Below are positions 8,300 through 17,947 of a stretch of 32,259 nucleotides of DNA, one piece after another. Every line of letters starts with the position of its first letter. Within the stretch, counting starts at the first letter, position 1. The DNA lies in IMG/VR virus record IMGVR_UViG_3300021368_001285, positions 1 to 32,259 of that record; one strand, given 5' to 3'. The notes below the pieces were generated by a model. It ran no database searches, was not told the origin of the DNA, and worked only from the letters and a program-made list of their open reading frames with translations. This stretch comes from a virus (lineage: Duplodnaviria; Caudoviricetes). Position numbers and translations under genes: made by a program.

Positions 8300-8711
8300 T
8301 GTCAAAGTACTACAAGACTTAAAACAACTAATAGAAGAGAACATTGACCCAAGCATGTTTCCTTATTGTAAAGGCAACAGCATTCGTATTGGCGGATTTA
8401 CCATAAGAAGTAATAGGCATGGATATAACATATTTGATATGTCAAAGAAAAAGCATCTTACAACCACGTTCAGCAAAACAGCCGCAGTAGCAATAGCAAA
8501 AAATCTAGCAAAAGGTAGGAATGTAAAAATGCAGGCTGAAGATTTAGATAAAGTTATTGAAAAAAATTTTAACGATGCACAGTTTTTTGCCCACACAATG
8601 CGTATTACCAAGGACCCTATCAAAAGAGATGTGTTAGAAACCAGATTAGATATAGCTAAAGTACGGACAGAAACAGCAAAACGCTCTCTTGACTCACTAA
8701 TATTCCAATAA
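8292..8711 (+). CDS. Hypothetical phage protein
   Basis: ORF overlapping the previous stop; ATG at 8292 preferred over TTG at 8283. Confidence 0.7.
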   Translation: MIDVKVLQDLKQLIEENIDPSMFPYCKGNSIRIGGFTIRSNRHGYNIFDMSKKKHLTTTFSKTAAVAIAKNLAKGRNVKMQAEDLDKVIEKNFNDAQFFAHTMRITKDPIKRDVLETRLDIAKVRTETAKRSLDSLIFQ

Positions 8712-8754
8712 CAATGATAAATAACTATAACAAATTCTATTAGGAAGAGTAGAC

Positions 8755-9726
8755 ATGAACATTAGAGAACTTAACAAACCCATTAATTCGAAAACACTCA
8801 ACGAAACACTTGCCAAGAAGTTTGGTACAAAGATAAACGTTGAGTCATTTACACTTGAGCAACTACAAGATGCTCGTAACAAGATACGCACAAAGTTAAG
8901 CGACATTGAAACAAACGAAAGTTTTTCAGGATTGCCTAAAAACGAAACGTATGCTAAGAACAAACTCTTCCTTGATGTTCTTAATGCGGCAATTTCTGAA
9001 CGTGCAGATGTTGAAGTTGACGAAGGCGAAATGCCAGCAGGATTGAAAAAGCATATGGAAAAGAAAAATAAAACTAAAAGCACTAAAAGCACTAAAGGTG
9101 GTCCAAAGGATCACGGTAGACGTCCAGACAGTCCAGACTTAGATAATGACGGCAACACAGACGAACCAATTGGTGATGCGGCAAAAGATGCAAAGAACGA
9201 GTCAAAGCATATAGATGAAGGTAAAACTATTATTGAAAATTATTTTAAATCACTTTTAGAAGGTGAAGAAGATAAAGCAGAACTTGTAATGGCAGCCAAA
9301 GATATGGTTGACAGATTAACTGGTTGGATGGAAGATACAGCAGAAATGCAATCAGAGTCAATGCTTGAACTAGCAGATGCAATTCGTGATGAAATGGGCG
9401 CAACTCAAAGTGAGTCATTTACAAACACAGTTAAGCCTGGTCTTGAATCATTGTATGCGGCAATGGAACAAACAAGAGTTGCACTAACACAAGGTGTTGG
9501 TATGCTTACAGGGGAAGCGGAAGTAGCTGAGCCAATGGGTGATGAACCTGCAATGGAACCAGAAGCAGATATGGACATGGAACCAACAGTTGATGCAGAT
9601 GGTGCAACAGATGAATTCGGGGCAGCCGAAGCGGCAGCAGGCGGTGAAGATGAAGCTGGTAGAGCAAGACGAGAATCAGTGGACCTATCACGCAGACTAG
9701 GTACAATACTGTCAAGCAGAAAGTAA
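8755..9726 (+). CDS. Acidic helical protein, putative prohead core/scaffolding protein
   Basis: TAAATA at 8718-8723. Very E/D-rich with long helices and a disordered acidic tail; many [LI]xE sites (LNE, ISE, LLE) like T4 gp21 protease substrates. Confidence 0.55.
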   Translation: MNIRELNKPINSKTLNETLAKKFGTKINVESFTLEQLQDARNKIRTKLSDIETNESFSGLPKNETYAKNKLFLDVLNAAISERADVEVDEGEMPAGLKKHMEKKNKTKSTKSTKGGPKDHGRRPDSPDLDNDGNTDEPIGDAAKDAKNESKHIDEGKTIIENYFKSLLEGEEDKAELVMAAKDMVDRLTGWMEDTAEMQSESMLELADAIRDEMGATQSESFTNTVKPGLESLYAAMEQTRVALTQGVGMLTGEAEVAEPMGDEPAMEPEADMDMEPTVDADGATDEFGAAEAAAGGEDEAGRARRESVDLSRRLGTILSSRK

Positions 9727-9735
9727 GGATACACT

Positions 9736-10140
9736 ATGAGGGTATCCGAAATCCTAAAAGAAGAAGAGCCAACAACACTAGCACCTAAACTTGTTCAAGT
9801 GCTAAGGACCATTATAGGTCAAGCTGATCAAAGAGGTGACAAACTCTTTTTACATTTCAAAAAACCTGAACCTAACGACATACGTTCTGATTCAAAAAAT
9901 ATTGATTTGAATAAACTTATGCAAAATGTAGGCGGTGAACAGTTTGATTATGAAACATTCAAAGCCGCTTATGATACAGATGCTCGTGTAAAGACAATGA
10001 TTGCAAACTTTAGTGAAAAAGGCATAGTTCCTAAAACTAAAGAGCAACCTGATGATACACCTCAAGGTGATACAACCAATAGCAATACTGTATCTAACAT
10101 GGCTAAATCTGCAACAGATTTAGGTAATGACTTAATTTAA
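9736..10140 (+). CDS. Hypothetical protein, putative head/internal protein
   Basis: AAGGA RBS; starts MRVSEILKEE. Confidence 0.7.
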   Translation: MRVSEILKEEEPTTLAPKLVQVLRTIIGQADQRGDKLFLHFKKPEPNDIRSDSKNIDLNKLMQNVGGEQFDYETFKAAYDTDARVKTMIANFSEKGIVPKTKEQPDDTPQGDTTNSNTVSNMAKSATDLGNDLI

Positions 10141-10143
10141 CAC

Positions 10144-10171
10144 TTGACTTTATTGTATATTCTGCTATAAT
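10144..10171 (+). promoter_or_regulatory. Sigma70-type promoter (early/middle)
   Basis: TTGACT (10144) - 16 nt - TATAAT (10166) with an extended -10 TG. Confidence 0.75.
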
Positions 10172-10191
10172 ATAAAGAATAGGAGAATAGT

Positions 10192-10530
10192 ATGAGAACA
10201 GACGCAGAAGTCATAGAACAAATCAAACACATCTTAGAAACTAATGTTGCACCTGCTGTTGCAAATCATGGCGGCATGATTGATTTTGTAAGCTATGCAG
10301 ATGGACATTTACGTTTAATACTTGGAGGCGCATGTAGTGGGTGTGCAAGTAGCACAATTACATTAAAAATGGGTGTAGAAAATATGGTTAAACATTATGT
10401 GCCAGAAGTACAAACCATTACCGCTGAAGATGATCCAAACTCAACTGTAGATCCTTATTACGCAATGGATCCTTTCATGGACCGTTGGGACGAATATGAT
10501 TTAGAGGATAACGATGACAAAACTTCATAG
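10192..10530 (+). CDS. NifU C-terminal (Nfu/NfuA-type) Fe-S cluster carrier
   Basis: VAPAVANHGGMIDFV...GACSGCASSTITLKMGVENMVKHYVPEV is the Nfu domain with its CxxC. AGGAG RBS. Confidence 0.92.
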   Translation: MRTDAEVIEQIKHILETNVAPAVANHGGMIDFVSYADGHLRLILGGACSGCASSTITLKMGVENMVKHYVPEVQTITAEDDPNSTVDPYYAMDPFMDRWDEYDLEDNDDKTS

Positions 10531-11074
10531 TGCATTTAATTTTCAACAATGGGTAATTGAATCTGACTTTCCAGATCATCAACAGTTTGAATATCTGTTT
10601 GATGGACTTGAAGATAATAGGGATTCTATAAATACGGCCACCAATAAAGGTATTCAACATTATTACACAGTAGACGAAATAGAATCAGTTGCAAATATTG
10701 TACGCCAAAGAGCAAATGAAATACTTCAAGACCAAAAAGCTCCTGTAAGAGCAGGAGATATTGATTCAGCATGGACCATTACTTACGGCCCTGGAGGGTG
10801 GCAAGCACTTCACAATCATGCATACAGGTATGCCATTATAAGCACAGTATTGTATTTTGACACAAACGAAAATGATGATACAAGTGATGGAGCATTTTAT
10901 AGTATATTTTCAGAACCTAACGGAGATCAATTGGTACAAGTTTATCCGTATTGGGCAGGAAAATTTATATTAGCAGAAGGAGCAGTGTTTCATGGAGCAT
11001 ATCCTACAAGTACAACTCGTAGGACTTTAGTTATAGATTTTAAGCAGGAAATAAATGAGCCTAATTTTAAATAA
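10514..11074 (+). CDS. Putative 2OG-Fe(II) oxygenase
   Basis: W...YGPGGWQALHNH, STVLY, HGAYP and a distal R (RRTLVIDF) give the HxH...H...R pattern of phage 2OG-Fe(II) oxygenases. Confidence 0.75.
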   Translation: MTKLHSAFNFQQWVIESDFPDHQQFEYLFDGLEDNRDSINTATNKGIQHYYTVDEIESVANIVRQRANEILQDQKAPVRAGDIDSAWTITYGPGGWQALHNHAYRYAIISTVLYFDTNENDDTSDGAFYSIFSEPNGDQLVQVYPYWAGKFILAEGAVFHGAYPTSTTRRTLVIDFKQEINEPNFK

Positions 11075-11735
11075 ATTTGATTATCCTACAATTGAACGTA
11101 AGTCAGTAGATGGAAAGAGAAAGTATCTCACACCTGACGGTAATGCTGTTGCAAGTGTTACAACTATATTAGATGCAACAAAAGATAAAACACATCTTAT
11201 TGAATGGCGCAAACGTGTGGGTGAACAAAAAGCACAAGAGATTACAACTGAAGCCGCAGGTGTTGGTACCCGGATGCACAAATACCTAGAGGATTATGTT
11301 GAAACAGGCGAATGGCCTACTCCGGGTAGTAATCCATACGCTCAGCAAGCACACATGATGGCAACACAAATTAAAGAACAAGCTCTTGATCATGTAGATG
11401 AAATTTGGGGCAGTGAGGTTGCATTGTATGTTCCACAAATTTATGCAGGCACAACAGATTTAGTAGGACAGTATAAGGGTCAACCTTGCATTATGGACTT
11501 CAAGCAAACAAATAAACCTAAAAAAGTAGAATGGGTAGTTGATTACTTCTTACAACTTACAGCATATGCAATAGCACACAATGATGTTTATGGAACAAAC
11601 ATCCGTGAAGGTCATGTGTTTATGTGCAGTCGTGCAGGTGAATACCAGCAGTTTGATATATGGCCCGATGAGTTTGCAGAGTGGGAACAAGAATGGTGGA
11701 ACAGGGTACACACATATTATGAGAAACACGGATAA
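11055..11735 (+). CDS. PD-(D/E)XK exonuclease (T4-like phage exonuclease, MGME1/Cas4-like fold)
   Basis: SVTTIL, GTRMHKYLE, E..L, YAGTTDLV, IMDFKQT and YFLQLTAYAIAH. Confidence 0.88.
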   Translation: MSLILNKFDYPTIERKSVDGKRKYLTPDGNAVASVTTILDATKDKTHLIEWRKRVGEQKAQEITTEAAGVGTRMHKYLEDYVETGEWPTPGSNPYAQQAHMMATQIKEQALDHVDEIWGSEVALYVPQIYAGTTDLVGQYKGQPCIMDFKQTNKPKKVEWVVDYFLQLTAYAIAHNDVYGTNIREGHVFMCSRAGEYQQFDIWPDEFAEWEQEWWNRVHTYYEKHG

Positions 11736-11757
11736 ATATGTGTAACAGGAGAAGTAA

Positions 11758-13452
11758 ATGGCTGTAGTTCAAATATCAAGAATTCAAATACGAAGAGGAC
11801 AAAAAAATGCTGGCACAGGTATTCCACAACTTGCATCAGGTGAGTTTGGTTGGGCTGTAGATGCTAGAGAATTGTATATAGGAAATGGTGCAGTAAGTGA
11901 AGGAGCACCATCGGTAGGTAATACTAAAATTTTAACACAGTTCGATAATATATTTGACTTGGCTGATACTTACTCATACAGATCAGAAGACAGTTATATA
12001 AACACAGGTGGTGCTACAGGTACACCTGTGCTTAGAACATTACAAGATAGACTAGACGATCGTGTAAGTGTCAAAGCCTTTGGCGCAACAGGAGAAACTA
12101 CACAACTTGCTACAGCTAAATTACAAACAGCTATTGATCAACTTTTTATCAATGATGCAACTAAAGGATCTATAGGTAGTAGAGTTGAACTACATTTAGA
12201 AGCAGGTGAATATATAATTGATGATACCATATACATTCCACCGCAGGCAACAATTATAGGTGCAGGATCTGATAAAACAGTCATTAGAACAAACACTACA
12301 GCAAAGCCTATGTTTAAAACTGTAAATGGATCTAGCTCTCCAGGTAGTTATGCAGATCATAGTACAACTACAACTATTAACCAACCTCAAAATATTACTA
12401 TGAAAGGTTTTACTCTAGAAACAACTGTAGATAACACATGTATGATACTAGATAGTACAAAGAATAGTGTATTTGAAGACGTGAAAGTAAAAGGTGCTTG
12501 GATATCTGGCTCAGCAATTTCTGCTACTGACATTGGAATCCAAATGAATAACCTAAGTACAACAGTAGCATCAAGTAACAATACATTTGTAAATTGTAGT
12601 TTTAGTAATCTTAGTTACGGCATGCAAAGTGATTGGGATATCCATAATAACAATATTAAAGATTGTGAATTCTGCGATAGTGGGTATGGTATAGGCTTTG
12701 GCACTGGATTAGTTAGCCTAGATGTTACACAAGGCAGTGGTAAAGAACAAGGACCTAATCAAAATACAATAACTTACTGTTATTTCCATGATATCGATAA
12801 ACATGCAATTTGGGCAAAGTTTGGAGTGAAGAATACATCTAGCTTTAACAAATTTGATTTGTGTGGTAATAATGGTAGTGCGGATCATGTGCCAGCAGTC
12901 AGTGTTATACATTTTGAACAAGTGGGTAATGTAAGTAGAGAAGACTTCTTTAGCAGAACAAGTGTATTATCTTATGATGCTAGTTATTGGGATAGTGCAA
13001 AATATGTACCTGAGATTGAAGGAGCAGTAGATGCTGAATTTGGTGAAGTACATATACTTAATACAATTACAAGAACAGGAACTGATGCAAACGGAATAGT
13101 GCATCAAAAAAGATTTAGATTACCAGCAGAAGATAACATTGCAAGTCAAAGATATGAAATAGATTATCAGGTTGCTAGTAGAAATTACACAGCATACCGT
13201 ACTGGAACATTAACAATAAATGTAAACGGTATTGATAAAACAGCCACAGTGGTTGATAGCCATAATTATACAGGTACTGCGGCATACGAAGACGATATAA
13301 GTTTTACTATTTTAATACAAGATGTTGATGGAGATGCGACCAATGATACTATAGACGTAAACATTGGAAGTAGTATGCCAGTAGACGATTTATCGCAAAT
13401 AGAATTTAAAGTGAACCTACGTAAAACAATAGTTGATGCAACAGGTGAGTAA
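11758..13452 (+). CDS. Virion tail/baseplate protein with an Mtd-N-like N-terminus and a pectate-lyase-like beta-helix
   Basis: RIQIRRG...PQLASGEFGWAVDARELYIGNG; VSVKAFGATG...LQTAID...GEYII...IIGAGSDKTVI; Asn-rich beta-helix rungs. TAAATA at 11733. Confidence 0.75.
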   Translation: MAVVQISRIQIRRGQKNAGTGIPQLASGEFGWAVDARELYIGNGAVSEGAPSVGNTKILTQFDNIFDLADTYSYRSEDSYINTGGATGTPVLRTLQDRLDDRVSVKAFGATGETTQLATAKLQTAIDQLFINDATKGSIGSRVELHLEAGEYIIDDTIYIPPQATIIGAGSDKTVIRTNTTAKPMFKTVNGSSSPGSYADHSTTTTINQPQNITMKGFTLETTVDNTCMILDSTKNSVFEDVKVKGAWISGSAISATDIGIQMNNLSTTVASSNNTFVNCSFSNLSYGMQSDWDIHNNNIKDCEFCDSGYGIGFGTGLVSLDVTQGSGKEQGPNQNTITYCYFHDIDKHAIWAKFGVKNTSSFNKFDLCGNNGSADHVPAVSVIHFEQVGNVSREDFFSRTSVLSYDASYWDSAKYVPEIEGAVDAEFGEVHILNTITRTGTDANGIVHQKRFRLPAEDNIASQRYEIDYQVASRNYTAYRTGTLTINVNGIDKTATVVDSHNYTGTAAYEDDISFTILIQDVDGDATNDTIDVNIGSSMPVDDLSQIEFKVNLRKTIVDATGE

Positions 13453-13877
13453 TGTTCGATAAAACATATGAGCAACGTCTTTCTTGTTGGTCAAATTTTA
13501 GAGAAAAACTAGAATCCAGTGACTCCCCAATCCAGGACACATTAGAGTTTTATAACAAGGCTCCTACTGTGAGTATTCACACAGATCCTTGGGATAATAA
13601 TACATGGCCAACGCCATGGGAACTTGTAAAGGAGAATCAGTATTGTGACTTTTGTCGTGTGCTAGGCCTGTGCTATTCTTTACAGTTAACCGAACGTTTT
13701 TCCCGTTCGAAATTCGAGATACATATCGTTATAGACAACAAAAATTCAGCAACACACTACTTGTTGTACCTTGACGATTTAGTTGTAAACCACCCAAACG
13801 GAGAGCAATTTCATGCTAACGAACTTCCAAAATTCTATGAAACCAAGAAGATTTACAGCATGGATTTCTTACAATAA
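13452..13877 (+). CDS. Conserved phage protein, possible transglutaminase-like (BTLCP) fold
   Basis: WPTPWEL...YCDF...LGLCYSL...HYLL resembles the BTLCP pattern W.TP.E...DCED...Y..L...HAVL. TAATG coupling to the tail gene. Confidence 0.45.
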   Translation: MFDKTYEQRLSCWSNFREKLESSDSPIQDTLEFYNKAPTVSIHTDPWDNNTWPTPWELVKENQYCDFCRVLGLCYSLQLTERFSRSKFEIHIVIDNKNSATHYLLYLDDLVVNHPNGEQFHANELPKFYETKKIYSMDFLQ

Positions 13878-13911
13878 ATACCAAATCAATTAGAGAGAAA
13901 GAGGAGATATA

Positions 13912-16245
13912 ATGTCAAACGGAACAATGATCATCAAACGTGATGGCACAAAAGAGCATTTAAATATAGACAAGATACACAAAGTAGTAATGCATGCCTG
14001 TGAAGGATTAGCAGGAGTTAGTGCAAGTCAAATAGAAATGAATGCAAACATACAATTTTACGATGGCATGACAACTGGTGAAATACAAGAAGTTCTTATT
14101 CGTTCCGCAAATGACCTTATTAGTTTAGATGCACCCAATTATCAGTATGCCGCGGCAAGATTGTTAAGCTATGGTTTATACAAAGAGGTGTTCGGCGGTT
14201 TTGAACAAAAGTCTTTCAAAGAAATTATTAATCTAAATATTAAACGTGGTGTATATGATAATTCAATATTAGATTTTTATACAGACGACGAAATTTCAAA
14301 ACTAGATAGCTATATGCATCACAAACGTGATGAAAACTTTACCTACGCAGGTTTGCGTCAGGTAGTGGACAAATATCTTTGTCAGGATAGATCATCAGGA
14401 GAAATATATGAAACTCCTCAGTTCATGTATATGATGATCGCGGCAACATTATTTGCACAATATCCTAAAGAAGATAGAATGTATTATGTAAGGAGATACT
14501 ATGACGCGACCTCGCTTTTTAAACTCAATATCCCGACTCCAGTCATGGCAGGAGTGCGTACCCCAGTCAGGCAGTTTGCCTCGTGTGTCCTCGTTGATTC
14601 GGATGACACGCTTGATTCCATTTTTGCCAGTGATATGTCTATTGGACGTTACACAGCGCAGAGAGCTGGCATCGGCATTAACGCAGGGCGCATCAGAGGA
14701 GTTAATAGCAAAATTAGAGGAGGCGAAGTTGCCCACACAGGAATCATCCCATTCCTAAAAAAGTTTGAGGCAACTGTAAGATGTTGTACACAAAATGGTG
14801 TACGTGGAGGTAGTGCTACCACACACTTCCCGTTTTGGCATCAAGAGATTGAAGACATCCTTGTGCTGAAGAATAACAAAGGCACAGAGGATAACAGAGT
14901 GCGTAAGTTGGATTATAGTATTCAACTTAACAAAACAATGTACGAGCGTTTGCTTGGGGGCGGCGACATTACATTGTTTAGCCCCCACGATGTACCAGGC
15001 TTATACGAAGCATACTTTGGAGATCCAGACAAATTCCAAGAGCTGTATGAATCATATGAGCGTAAAAAAAGCATCAAAAAGAAAAAGATCTCTGCAATGG
15101 ACTTATTTTCAGCACTTATTAAGGAACGTGCAGAAACAGGACGTATTTACATTATGAATGTTGATCACTGTAATACGCATAGTTCATTCAAAGACACAGT
15201 TTATATGAGTAACTTGTGTCAAGAAATAACACTGCCTACAAAGCCACTAGAGCATATTGACGACGAGAACGGTGAGATTGCCCTGTGTATATTAAGTGCT
15301 ATTAATGTAGGTATTATTAAGGATCTTGATGACTTAGAAGAACTTTGTGATCTTGCTGTCAGAGCACTAGAAGAAATAATTGACTATCAACGCTATCCAA
15401 TAAAAGCGGCAGAGATTAGCACAAAAGCAAGACGCTCATTAGGTGTTGGTTATATAGGCCTTGCACATTATCTTGCTAAGAACAAAGTTAATTATTCCGA
15501 TCCAGAAGCATGGAAACTTGTGCATGATTTGACTGAAGCATTTCAATACTACTTGCTCAAAGCCAGCAACAATTTAGCGCAGGAGAGAGGAGCATGTGAA
15601 TACTTTAACCGTACTAAATACTCAGATGGCATTCTGCCAATTGACACTTACAAAGCAGATATTGATTCTATAGTAGAAAATAAACTAAATTATGATTGGG
15701 CATCTCTTAGGAAAGACATATTGGAATTCGGACTTAGGCACAGCACTTTGTCCGCACAAATGCCTTCAGAGAGCAGTTCCGTTGTGTCGAATGCCACAAA
15801 CGGAATTGAGCCACCTAGAGGATACCTGTCCGTTAAGAAGTCCAAGAAAGGGCCTCTTAAGCAGATTGTTCCGCAGTACCAAAGTTTAAAAAGCCACTAT
15901 ACGTTGTTATGGGAGATGCCAAACAACACAGGATATATAAATACAGTGGCTGTGATGCAAAAGTTTTTCGACCAAGCTATCAGTGGTAATTGGAGTTACA
16001 ATCCAACGCATTATGAAAATAACGAAGTGCCAATGAGTCAAATGATTCAAGATTTATTGACCACTTACAAAATGGGTTGGAAGACAAGTTACTATCAAAA
16101 CACCTATGATTATAAAACTGATCCTAGTGAAGTCGCATTTGAAGAGCCTCAGCATTCAGTAGGGTGGCATGATAATGTTCCTGAAACAGAACATGCTACT
16201 TTGGCAAATGAAGATGATGAAATGTGCGAGGCATGTGCAATTTAA
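13912..16245 (+). CDS. nrdA: Ribonucleoside-diphosphate reductase class Ia, alpha subunit
   Basis: ATP cone (IKRDG), TPVMAG, FASCVL, QNGVRGG, catalytic SNLCQEI, MPSESSS, GWKTSYY and C-terminal CEAC. No intein or intron. Confidence 0.97.
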   Translation: MSNGTMIIKRDGTKEHLNIDKIHKVVMHACEGLAGVSASQIEMNANIQFYDGMTTGEIQEVLIRSANDLISLDAPNYQYAAARLLSYGLYKEVFGGFEQKSFKEIINLNIKRGVYDNSILDFYTDDEISKLDSYMHHKRDENFTYAGLRQVVDKYLCQDRSSGEIYETPQFMYMMIAATLFAQYPKEDRMYYVRRYYDATSLFKLNIPTPVMAGVRTPVRQFASCVLVDSDDTLDSIFASDMSIGRYTAQRAGIGINAGRIRGVNSKIRGGEVAHTGIIPFLKKFEATVRCCTQNGVRGGSATTHFPFWHQEIEDILVLKNNKGTEDNRVRKLDYSIQLNKTMYERLLGGGDITLFSPHDVPGLYEAYFGDPDKFQELYESYERKKSIKKKKISAMDLFSALIKERAETGRIYIMNVDHCNTHSSFKDTVYMSNLCQEITLPTKPLEHIDDENGEIALCILSAINVGIIKDLDDLEELCDLAVRALEEIIDYQRYPIKAAEISTKARRSLGVGYIGLAHYLAKNKVNYSDPEAWKLVHDLTEAFQYYLLKASNNLAQERGACEYFNRTKYSDGILPIDTYKADIDSIVENKLNYDWASLRKDILEFGLRHSTLSAQMPSESSSVVSNATNGIEPPRGYLSVKKSKKGPLKQIVPQYQSLKSHYTLLWEMPNNTGYINTVAVMQKFFDQAISGNWSYNPTHYENNEVPMSQMIQDLLTTYKMGWKTSYYQNTYDYKTDPSEVAFEEPQHSVGWHDNVPETEHATLANEDDEMCEACAI

Positions 16246-16248
16246 CCG

Positions 16249-16277
16249 TTGACATTGCCTACATAAGAAAGTATTAT
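16249..16277 (+). promoter_or_regulatory. Sigma70-type promoter for nrdB-grx
   Basis: TTGACA (16249) - 17 nt - TATTAT (16272). Confidence 0.65.
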
Positions 16278-16308
16278 GTACAAGCTATAATAAGGAAAAG
16301 AGATAAGC

Positions 16309-17412
16309 ATGGCAAAGACCGTTTTTAATAAAGAAAAAGTAGACTTCACTAAAGAGACAATGTTCTTTGGTGCTGACCAAAACACACAGCGTTACGATAC
16401 ATTTAAGTTTCCTGTGTTCGATAAACTTAATCAAACTATGTTAGGATACTTTTGGCGTCCTGAAGAAGTAAGTCTACAAAAAGACAGAGCGGACTATGCT
16501 AATTTTCGTCCAGAGCAAAAGCATATCTTTACTGCTAATCTTAAGTACCAAACTCTATTAGATAGTGTGCAAGGACGCGGTCCATGTTTAGCTTTCTTGC
16601 CACATGTATCATTACCTGAACTAGAAGGTTGTATTGTTACTTGGGACTTTTTTGAAACTATTCACTCACGCTCTTATACACACATTATGAAAAATGTGTA
16701 TCCAGATCCAAGTGAAGTGTTTGACACTATCCTTGATGACGAAAAAATTATTGCTCGTGCAACAAGTGTTACTAAACATTACGATGCGTTTACAGAAGCG
16801 GCTGATGCGTTTATACATCGCAAAGAAGGTAACATGCATGACGTTAAGAAAAAACTGTACCTTGCAATGCAAACAGTAAATATTTTAGAAGGCCTGCGCT
16901 TTTACGTGTCATTTGCTTGCACATTTGGCTTTGGAGAACTAAAGCTAATGGAAGGTAGTGCTAAGATTATTTCGCTTATTGCTAGGGATGAAGCACAGCA
17001 TTTGGCCCTAAGCACACACATTCTTAAACTTTGGGCACAAGGCAAAGACGATCCAGAGATGAAGAAGATTGCAAAAGAGTGTGAACAAGAAGTTTACGAT
17101 CTGTGGCGTGAATGTGTTGCAGAAGAAAAAGATTGGGCAGAGTATTTGTTCAAAGATGGATCTATGATTGGATTGAACGCACAGTTGCTACATCAATATG
17201 TTGAGTATATTGCTAATCGTAGACTTAAAGCACTAGGATACGATGCTATATTTGATCAGCCTGTAAATACAAATCCACTTCCTTGGACACAGCATTGGCT
17301 TTCAAGTTCAGGCTTGCAGGTTGCTCCACAAGAAACAGAAGTAGAGTCGTACATCATCGGCGGCATTAAACAAGACGTTGATAAAGATATGTTAAAAGGA
17401 TTTAGTTTATGA
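16309..17412 (+). CDS. nrdB: Ribonucleoside-diphosphate reductase class Ia, beta subunit
   Basis: FWRPEEV, QTLLDSVQ, ETIHSRSY (radical Tyr), LEGLRFYVSF, RDEAQH and APQETEVESY. Confidence 0.97.
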   Translation: MAKTVFNKEKVDFTKETMFFGADQNTQRYDTFKFPVFDKLNQTMLGYFWRPEEVSLQKDRADYANFRPEQKHIFTANLKYQTLLDSVQGRGPCLAFLPHVSLPELEGCIVTWDFFETIHSRSYTHIMKNVYPDPSEVFDTILDDEKIIARATSVTKHYDAFTEAADAFIHRKEGNMHDVKKKLYLAMQTVNILEGLRFYVSFACTFGFGELKLMEGSAKIISLIARDEAQHLALSTHILKLWAQGKDDPEMKKIAKECEQEVYDLWRECVAEEKDWAEYLFKDGSMIGLNAQLLHQYVEYIANRRLKALGYDAIFDQPVNTNPLPWTQHWLSSSGLQVAPQETEVESYIIGGIKQDVDKDMLKGFSL

Positions 17413-17660
17413 TTCAAATATGGGGTAAGCCTCAATGTCCTAGCTGTATCAAAGCAAAGACGATGCTAGAAAACCGTGAGATTAAATTCGAATACTTTGA
17501 ACTTGATAAAGATTTCACAAGAGAAGAAGTATTAGCTGAATTTCCTGAAGCAAGGACATTCCCACAGATTATAATTAATGGAATCAAAGTAGGGGGCTAT
17601 GAGCAAATGGTCCAATACATGGAAGATCATAATTACAACGGCACAGGTTATTCACTTTAA
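17409..17660 (+). CDS. Glutaredoxin (NrdC/NrdH-like)
   Basis: CPSC active site, TFPQI and GGY. Translationally coupled to nrdB. Confidence 0.92.
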   Translation: MIQIWGKPQCPSCIKAKTMLENREIKFEYFELDKDFTREEVLAEFPEARTFPQIIINGIKVGGYEQMVQYMEDHNYNGTGYSL

Positions 17661-17698
17661 AATACTACGATAAATACATTCATATAAGGATATGATGT

Positions 17699-17947
17699 AT
17701 GGCCCGTGGTGCACCATTTGACGAAAACAACATTTTCACTAGAGATTCAGTAGACGGCGGAAAGCTGGATTACTCTCAGCCCAATAGTCTATTTACTAGG
17801 TTAGAAGGCGGAGGGTTTTCTAACCGCCTTCCTACAAATGATACTGTTAATGATTGTGGGTTGCTTCCTAAAGTTGGCACAGCAACATACACGCCAGATC
17901 CTTATGCAGGACCAAACGGACCAAACATAGGACAACAAGATGGCTGA
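17699..17947 (+). CDS. Small hypothetical protein, possible tail fibre accessory
   Basis: TAAATA at 17671 and AAGGA RBS; overlaps the start of the giant fibre gene. Confidence 0.6.
   Translation: MARGAPFDENNIFTRDSVDGGKLDYSQPNSLFTRLEGGGFSNRLPTNDTVNDCGLLPKVGTATYTPDPYAGPNGPNIGQQDG

Noticed and set aside
9068-9096. Short tandem repeat (AAAGCACTA-like units encoding KTKSTKSTK)
   Set aside because: Only two to three copies in a disordered linker, in frame; ordinary slippage with no sign of phase variation.
11055-11735. Cas4-like nuclease as a sign of a CRISPR system
   Set aside because: No repeat-spacer array or other cas genes in the window, and the four Fe-S cysteines of Cas4 are absent. It is the common phage PD-(D/E)XK exonuclease.
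13912-17412. Introns, inteins or homing endonucleases in nrdA/nrdB
   Set aside because: Both ORFs are continuous and of normal length, and the gap between them is only 63 nt.
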